Below, one piece after another: positions 20,677 to 33,841 of a stretch of DNA of 33,841 bases. This DNA is from Paraglomus brasilianum (taxonomy: Eukaryota): contig CAJVPI010000351.1 of NCBI GenBank assembly GCA_910592345.1, forward strand, positions 1-33,841. Direction: 5' to 3'. The position numbers were made by a program, and so were the translations under genes. Within the stretch, counting starts at the first letter, position 1. The number at the start of each line of letters is the position of its first letter. The notes under the pieces are model-generated. The model was not told where the DNA came from. It did no database searches and worked only from the letters and a program-made list of their open reading frames with translations.

Positions 20677-21272
20677 TTATTGCTGCTCATTGATCTTAGT
20701 TTCATCGCTTACGGTCTCTGCTGCATCGATCTCTTCTCTCCTTAATTCATCTCTCACCCTCATTAGTAATACGCCAAGTCTATTTCTTCCCTTCCCCTCT
20801 CCACCTCCATCTCCCCAGTACCGATCTCTAGCCGTATGTTCCACTATTTTGGCATCTCCAGTATCCAAAAGTTTCCTTCTTAAGTCTTCGTGCTGTGTAA
20901 ACTTTGAAATTAATGCTCTCATCATAATATCTTCTTTAACCGATTCCCAATCTTCACGGAGAGGATAATCTCGTCGTCGACCGGCTTTGGCAGCTTCTGA
21001 TGGTGTGGAAAGATTGCGTATCTTTTGTTGAAGTTCAGGAAGTGTCGGAAATTTCTGAGCTTATAAACGTAAGGTTACTGATTATCGTTTGATATCACAT
21101 CACAGATGATTTGAGCGCCGTCAATGGCATCGCAAAGCTATAACAAACCTTGGAAGTAATGTTCTGATGTGGGCCAAATCTCTCCATCAATCTCGATTGG
21201 TGCCCCATAGAAATTACTGAATATGCCATATTCCTCGTTCTGCCTATAAAAGTTGATCGTATTTTGACCCAT
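20677..21272 (-). CDS. NADAR / YbiA-family N-glycosidase; complement(join(20677..21059,21149..21272)), 168 aa
   Basis: The spliced protein contains INFY...FSNFY.API.IDG..WPTSEHYFQAQKF, LREDWESVKEDIM...KF.QH..L...LL.TG.A.IVEH...DRYWGDGG...G.NRLG.LLM.VR. These are the hallmark NADAR motifs. There is one 89-nt intron (GTTTGT...AAG). Confidence 0.92.
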
Positions 21273-22184
21273 AGTAATAGTCAGTCTCTTTCTTGGTAAA
21301 GAAATTAACAATCAATTTGTTGATATTGTAGACCCTTGAAATGTTGGCCATATTTGGAGAGTTGGATCTTGTACCCCACAAGTGTGAGTAAATAAAGTGA
21401 GAATTTACGCTTTATCGACAAACAAAGTAATGCAATACAATTTTAGAACTCAGGTAACACAGTCTATTTATCCTACTAATTAAACAGTTAGCATATACCA
21501 TACCTCAGCATCATTGCGAGGAAATTTTTCCAATATTGACAACGGAATTGTTGCTTGGTAGCAAAGCGGACTTTCACTGTGATTGGATGATTGATGAAAT
21601 ATAAGACAACCTATCAAATACCCCATCATCTGACTTTAAACGATTTGGTGGCCGCGGAAAACAATTGGCCAAGAACATGGCTAACAAATTTCGAAACCGC
21701 ACCTTTTACCTTCCATTTTGCAAACTATGAAAGTAATTCGGAAAACGGCGAGGTAATTCTACTAATTATAATGCTTTTTCTGCACTCTGTAGTCTTTAGT
21801 ATTAGATGAACATTACATTATAATTACAAAGAACATAAACCTTTAGAACACTTTTTTTTTTGCAAGATACTGTTTGAGTGCACTCATACTGTTTCCAGCA
21901 ACAACCATAAGGCAAGGGAAGGCACTATAGCTACACAGAGTAACTATTCCAGAGGTGAATAAACATTTAAACTTGGTTTGTAAGGTGTTGTGCAGAAATC
22001 CAAAAAGACTAATGCATGTTCTCATCCAAGCATGATATATGAATCTACAGCACATCCAGAATGCTTAACCAACTTCAAGTTGTCACATACAATTACAATA
22101 GCATGTTGTTACTGCCTATTATTATATAAATCCAACAATGATCCTGAATATATAGATGTATCTGATTATTAGTATTAGTATTAG

Positions 22185-22523
22185 GAGGTTATCAATGTAA
22201 CACTCAGTACCCAGACAGTACATTGTGCTTTGAAGAAGCCATAACTTATGCCACAAAATACTAACACTGGACCACAGAAGATTGGAAATGTGTTGTTTGG
22301 TCAGATGAGACCAAAATTAATCATTTGGGGTCTGATAAACATGAGTGAGTGTGGAAAAAGCCTGGTGGGATAATGACAGAGTAGCATGTCAAGGGGACAG
22401 TTAAATTTAGTGGTGGAAGTCTGATGATTGGGGGCTGTATGACAGCTCAAGGGGTCTAGCTATGCATGTTGCATTGATGGGCACATGGATGCAAAGCTTT
22501 ACACTCATATTCTTGAAGAAGAG
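22185..22523 (+). mobile_element. Decayed Tc1-like (IS630/Tc1/mariner) transposase fragment
   Basis: It reads LSTQTVHCALKK, then YATKY*HWTTEDWKCVVWSDETKIN...VWKKPG...VKGTVKFSGGSLMIGGCMTAQG, then (frameshift) IDGHMDAKLYTHIL. The WSDETK catalytic-Asp motif and the GGS-MVWGC-like motif are present, with internal stops and frameshifts. Confidence 0.88.
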
Positions 22524-22832
22524 TCTCAGATGCTCTAAAACGCGAATAACTACAATGTGCACTATTCGACCTGACTATCGTTCCTTCAGTATAAGGAACT
22601 TATCTTGTGGATAAGTGCAAGCTTTATTATCAACATGTCTGATATTTCTGATACTTCATCCAATTATTCACACTATTGCTATGTTCACTCTATTCCCTCT
22701 ATTCCCTCATCAGATATTACATTACCATCAATTTCCAAAGCTCCTTTTATACCATTAAATCCAAATACATCCTGTTCTATAGTAGACATATTCAATCCAT
22801 ATGCATTAGCAAGGATTATTATTATTACCAAT

Positions 22833-23050
22833 TTTAAAATGTCCAAATATCCTGATATTAGATTCATTGCAGAGGGGGAGGCTATCTTATTATTATAGAA
22901 ATAAACTTAATTATGAAAGCTTGCAATGACAATTAGTATTAGCTGATCAGCAAACATTCAACACAAATCTTTAAATCAATTTCTGCAGAAAAGTATCTAT
23001 GGAGTTTGTTTATCCAATATTAATAACCCAATTATTGTGCGGAACATGCC
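22833..23050 (+). pseudogene. Possible remnant of a tyrosine-kinase-like protein kinase gene
   Basis: The fragments DIRFIAEGE (Gly-loop-like) and IYGVCLSNINNPIIV plus frameshifted EHA (subdomain IV-V-like) occur in the right order but are broken by stops and frameshifts. Confidence 0.35.
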
Positions 23051-23948
23051 TGGCACACCAGAATGGCTGGGCTTAGTGCCAGAAAGGCTATTCATTACTG
23101 TTTACCGCGAAGATAATGATACTTATAAACTTTGAAAAGAGCAAAATGTATGCTTTGGGATCACATCAAAGAAACCCATCATAATAACTATGACAGAATA
23201 TACCAATCAGCAAAAAAATAAATAAAATAAAAAATAAACAGACTAATAAATAATTTCAACAACCAGCAACGAACGAAATTACCAATTAGGAAAACAGTTC
23301 CCATGTCTATTTTTAACTACAAAAAATCCGGCTGGGGTTAATGAGGGGGTTAATGAAAGAGCTAGATTAAATACTTTTATAATTTTCAAATATCTCTAAT
23401 TTCTATTGACATCCCTCGGGTGCTAGCAACTTTAAAATTGAAAGCCGTTTTCGGTGTTGATCATTGCCAAAAGATAATAAAAAGGAAAGGTTTACATTGT
23501 GCAAATAGAGAGGTTGAGACAACAAACAAAGAAAATGTGGGTTCAATCTCTACAATATGTTAAATTAATGCCTGATTTTAATAACGAAGAAACTTCTGTT
23601 TCTTCAAGTTTTTGTTTTTTTTCTCGGTTCATAAGTTGGTGGTGATGTTTGTTTATTGCCTTGTATTTTTCGTTCTTCTTATTCTTGGTAAATTTCAATA
23701 AGTGATTTTTTTGTTATCTAAATATTCCTCAAGCATTTAATATCATTGATTTTAAAAGCATATGGAACAATTTTTTCTCCTTGATACTTGGAACAACGGT
23801 CAATTAGTAACAGCATTGCGATCTATAATTAGCCTTTTATTCATTTAAATATATACGCACAAGAGGGCCATCTTAATCACAAGGCCTTCACCCATAAACT
23901 AACTGAGGAAGGTGCCCATAATTTTAACAAATTAATTTAATTATTACA

Positions 23949-30164
<6,216 letters not shown>

Positions 30165-30719
30165 TAATAAAGTAAGAGAGGTCAAAGGCCGACTACTACT
30201 ACGGTTATGTTGATTGGCTGTTTATATCTAAACCTAAAAATCATGTGATACAATATAATCTCGAAAATCCTTCAGGTCAAAAACGTTGGCATATTGTATC
30301 TTTGTCGCAGTTGATAGATTGTCGGTCTATAATGATACTGTTAATAAACGTAAAAGTAAAGAACAAAGTAAATGCGCTTCCATACCTCCAACTCTACAGC
30401 TTTTCTCTGCAATAATTAACTGTGCCTTACTAATATCAGAACGCGAGAAAAAAGGAGAGCATCCCTATCTGAATAGGACGAATTCGATAAAATTTTTCCA
30501 AAGTCCAGACTTCTACCTTTCGTATACAGATCCTGGTTTAACTCAACCCCTCGTTCAAAAGGAAATCCAAGCTCAAGCGCATCCAAAGATGACGAGTACG
30601 ATCAATATATGGTCGTCAATATACCTTTTCTCCGGACAACTTTAATACTGACCCGAAGACAGTCAGGAATACGACGAGGTATATGAAATGGAAAGTAGAG
30701 TCTTACTCTCACTAGTAAC

Positions 30720-31128
30720 TTAATCGAGAGCAGCCCCGTGGTTTAAAGCCACACGCGCTCGCTGAAATACCTCAATGTATTCATGATGTTCCATACTGCT
30801 CAAAACTACTGCAGCGGGATAACGATAACGAGAACTATTCTGCATTTGGAATCTCCACAAGTGGTGAAAACTAAACCGGCCGTTTTCGGAGCGGTTTTTA
30901 ACATGAATCAGCGCTAGTTGCGTTTGTAATAAACATCTTTTTCCGTTGATCAAGTATAAGCTGCAGTTTTGCTTCCGACGCACGGGCCGGGAAGCCCGTA
31001 ACTGATAGCGCTTCGGCGCGAACAACCCGTTGACCATTGAGTGGAGAGATCAGAGCATTGCGTTCAAATTTGACCGGGGGGTATTCTCAAATTTTAGCTC
31101 TAAGCCTCGATCAGTCTCACGAACAGCA
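30720..31128 (+). ncRNA. Candidate ~400-nt structured non-coding RNA, family unassigned
   Basis: The segment is GC-enriched with dense stems, including a GCGC-UUCG-GCGC tetraloop hairpin (31008-31019). Several stems need G-U pairs on the + strand. An ACA triplet (31123-25) follows a long 3' hairpin. No recognisable protein is encoded. Confidence 0.45.
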
Positions 31129-31423
31129 TGTTTGATAGATAAAACCTTTTATACCTAGATAACTATTCTGCTGACATCAGAGAACAAAAATTTAACCATG
31201 GAATACCGTCAATTCGCGGAATGAGAATGCGCGAGTTATTATTAACACAGTCAAGTTGACATGGGTGCTTTTTGTCACAAGATCCCAGACTAATATGTAA
31301 ATATTAGATAGCTTTATCTGTAAAATATCTCTTTACTTACAAAAATCAAAATTGGCGAATATATAGTAATAGTAACCCGAACAACACTGAATAGACTGTG
31401 TATCACAAACTTCGTCGTGTCAC

Positions 31424-32086
31424 TTAATTGCCAGTAACAGAAATAATTGTAGACAACGCCGTGCCGTTCGCCTTTCGTAAGAGCTACGAGGATGAAACCG
31501 TGTCAAATCAATTTTGTTCTCTCACTGTAAACTACAATACTGCCAAAAAACTCACCCTATAAACACCAGATCCCAATCCATCGTTTTTAATTCCGTATCC
31601 ATAAAAATTGTCCACCATTTTCACCACTTTATCTTCTTTAAACTCTAGTTCACAGACACTGTGGTACTTAACCTCGAAATTCAAGCAGCGGATTGTGTTT
31701 CGAACATTAAGGTCAATCCGAACGATATCATCATCATTGTAAATAATCTTGTACGACTCCATACAAGCTTTCGAGACAGGTTTACTTAAGGCGTACCACA
31801 TGGCCTTCATCTTGTTTATACCCTGCACGTACACGAACTGGTCTTCAAAGCTATTAGTAAGTGCATGATGGATAGAGATTTGATACGTCAGCTCTTTAAT
31901 CTCAAAGACTTGGTTCTCGCATTAATAGATGCATACGTACAGAACATCCTGAGCAAAATGAGCGAATTTATCATCAGATAACTCGAGACAGTACAAGCTC
32001 AATACATCTTTTACAGCACGTTCACAAAATTCATCTAAACGAGGAACATTATCGGCTCGATGATTGTTGGGACTGTTGCTTGTCAT
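31424..32086 (-). CDS. SnoaL/NTF2-like fold protein of unknown function; complement(join(31424..31483,31556..31850,31941..32086)), 166 aa
   Basis: The spliced product is ...VKDVLSLY...FAHFAQDVLFEDQFVYVQGINKMKAMWYAL...LEFKEDKVVKMVDNFYG...VYRLLRKANGTALS. The F/Y..D..F.D......G pattern and the late beta-hairpin fit SnoaL-like proteins. Donors are GTACGT and GTGAGT, acceptors TAG. Confidence 0.75.
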
Positions 32087-33270
32087 GGTGCTACAATTCA
32101 CTATTCAACCAACTGGGGAATTAATGATTTATCAGGAAGTTGTAGCAGCCTCAGCAACAATAAAAAGTTTAGGAACTGATTTTTACTTGTTAAGAAAACA
32201 AAATCATTCTTTAATCCATGCTTATATTTCTCTGTGTGCTTCCAAATATGCTTAAACTGTTTGTGCCTAATAATGGGCGTTCTCATCAGTACCTCTTACC
32301 AGATATGGTAACGCTTCGAGTTACTAAAATTTGGTAGGGGAGTAAATTACCTCCTCTCTACCTCCCCAAATCTATTGCCAGATTTGGCAAACTATCTACT
32401 ACTAAATATGGCAGGAGAGGTGATGAGAACGCACAATGTAATGTTTACATTTATTCCATTGTAACTTGGCAAATTTATGACGAGAAAAAGAATCATTACT
32501 TAATCGATCTTGTTCTTATATGGTAAATACGGGCGATTTTTGTTCATAAGAAAAGTCTTATTATGTTGCGTGTGATTAGATAATAATAATAATATAATAC
32601 TCGATGCCGTCTATGTGAAATTCCACACCTTTTATGGTATTAGTATGTGACCTTCTCCCACGGTAGTTTAACATATTAATAGTAACACATCGGATGCAAA
32701 TCTAATTTTGGATTTTCGATTTTTTTGTGTGGCATAATATATAAAATAGGGTATAACAAATTGTCGGAAAAGTGGTTAGTGATCATACAAGTCAATGATT
32801 TCAGAATTGAAATGGCGTTGCTTGATCTGGAGGTACTCCCCTTGGTCTGTAATTAACAACAACATAATTTTGCGTTGGAGAAGTATTATTATCTGGTGAA
32901 TGGCGAAGCGCTTCTTGGGCTATTGTCATAGCGTGAGCTAGATTTTTGGCACCATGCGCTACTATGGCATATTAATATACTGCGCCTATTTTGCGTAAAT
33001 GACGCGGAATAAGTCCATAAGATTTTAAATGTTTATTAAAATGTTTAGCTCCGGGTTTACCTGGATTCTCGAGTTTCCCAGATGATATTATTACACATCG
33101 ATCACATCCATAATTAAATATCGCTTTTGTTTCACCTTTACGACTATTATTAAACCCCTGTCAATAACGTGATTATAGATCACACCTCATTCCAAAAAGG
33201 CCCCCGATTCGGCGCTTCAATACGGAGAGTATCACATGTTTGTGTAAGTAAAACGTATAAACAGGGCTGA

Positions 33271-33841
33271 GTAATTACACATTTTGCAAATGTTGATGAG
33301 AACGAAGGAGTAAACTTTTCAGGGATCTTTGAATTTGACGACGAATTACTTGATCATTCACAAGTGTTAACCAATGATCAAAGTAACACTGAAGAAGACA
33401 GAGTACATGGTATAATGTATTACTTTCTCTTACCAATCGAAGCTGGATCTCGCTATTATTGGGAAATTAGGAAAATATATCTTCATAAAAAGAATTCTGG
33501 ACAAGCAACAGTGTATCTTGGTTGCACTCAAAGGATAGATCGAAAGCTTGCATATCCAGATAGTTGATCAGCAAAAAGAATAAGTGAAGCAAGACCTCCA
33601 ATTGACTGATATGCATGTGAAGGCAAGATTGTAATTAACATTGATATCAACACACATTGTACAAAAGTAACAATCTGCCATCAAATAACTCATGAACATC
33701 CTACCTACCATGAAAACAAAATCCCTGAACGAGCCATAGAATGGATATCTAGTAATTTAAGACATAATCTTAGAAAAGTCGAAGTTTATAAGAGGCTCTG
33801 TGAAGAACAACATATTGACCCAAAAATACACACCTATTGCC
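33271..33841 (+). pseudogene. Decayed Mutator/MULE-like transposase N-terminal region, continuing off the window edge
   Basis: One frame, interrupted only by TGA at 33565 and 33607, reads SRYYWEIRK...YLGCTQR...PPID*YACEGKIVINID...ICHQITHEHP...IPERAIEWI. The C...C...H.H arrangement resembles the WRKY/GCM1/FAR1-type Zn DNA-binding domain of MULE transposases. Confidence 0.55.

Noticed and set aside
30228..30238. CTAAACCTAAA as a possible telomerase template
   Set aside because: It does not match TTAGGG, lies in the AT-rich RPC1 promoter and is easily explained by chance.
31002..31023. Hammerhead-like core CTGATA-GCGC-TTCG-GCGC-GAAC
   Set aside because: It lacks the conserved CUGANGA and GAAA, and I could not build stems I and III with a cleavage triplet.
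30720..31037. 105-aa minus-strand ORF (and the 119-aa + ORF at 30286..30645)
   Set aside because: There are no recognisable motifs. They are better explained as chance ORFs in GC-richer or intron-containing sequence.
30717..31153. RNase MRP RNA on the minus strand (ACCACGGGGCT resembles CR-V, 5'/3' ends can pair, TATAAAA at 31153-31147)
   Set aside because: There is no convincing CR-I (GAAAGUCCCC) after the P3-like hairpin, and most G-U pairs favour the + strand. It remains an alternative to test with Infernal.
32326..32422. Short inverted repeats (CCAAATCT/AGATTTGG and purine/pyrimidine-rich arms)
   Set aside because: They are too degenerate to define ends or a TSD. Possibly a MITE relic.

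Overview
AT-rich, intron-dense eukaryotic DNA from an early-diverging fungus, most consistent with Mucoromycota and Glomeromycotina-like (inferred from intron style, gene content and TE types). Splicing by hand gives eight protein genes: a 78-aa secreted cysteine-rich peptide missing from the ORF track (994..1300), an intronless Kelch-repeat single-pass membrane protein, an ABC1/ADCK atypical kinase, a Sel1-repeat Dsf2/Nif1-like protein, an Sfi1 centrin-binding protein, a YbiA-like NADAR hydrolase, the 25-exon RNA polymerase III largest subunit (RPC1) and a SnoaL/NTF2-like protein. The gene-poor stretches (1-7.6 kb, 21.5-23.9 kb, 32.2 kb to the end) hold decayed DNA transposons (Tc1-like, pogo/Tigger-like, MITEs, MULE-like), some with strong CpG erosion. 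The two most interesting items are the 8-Cys secreted peptide and a ~400-nt highly structured segment (30720..31128) that appears to sit inside an intron of a seemingly non-coding spliced transcript diverging from the RPC1 promoter. All exon models were read by eye and lack transcript support.
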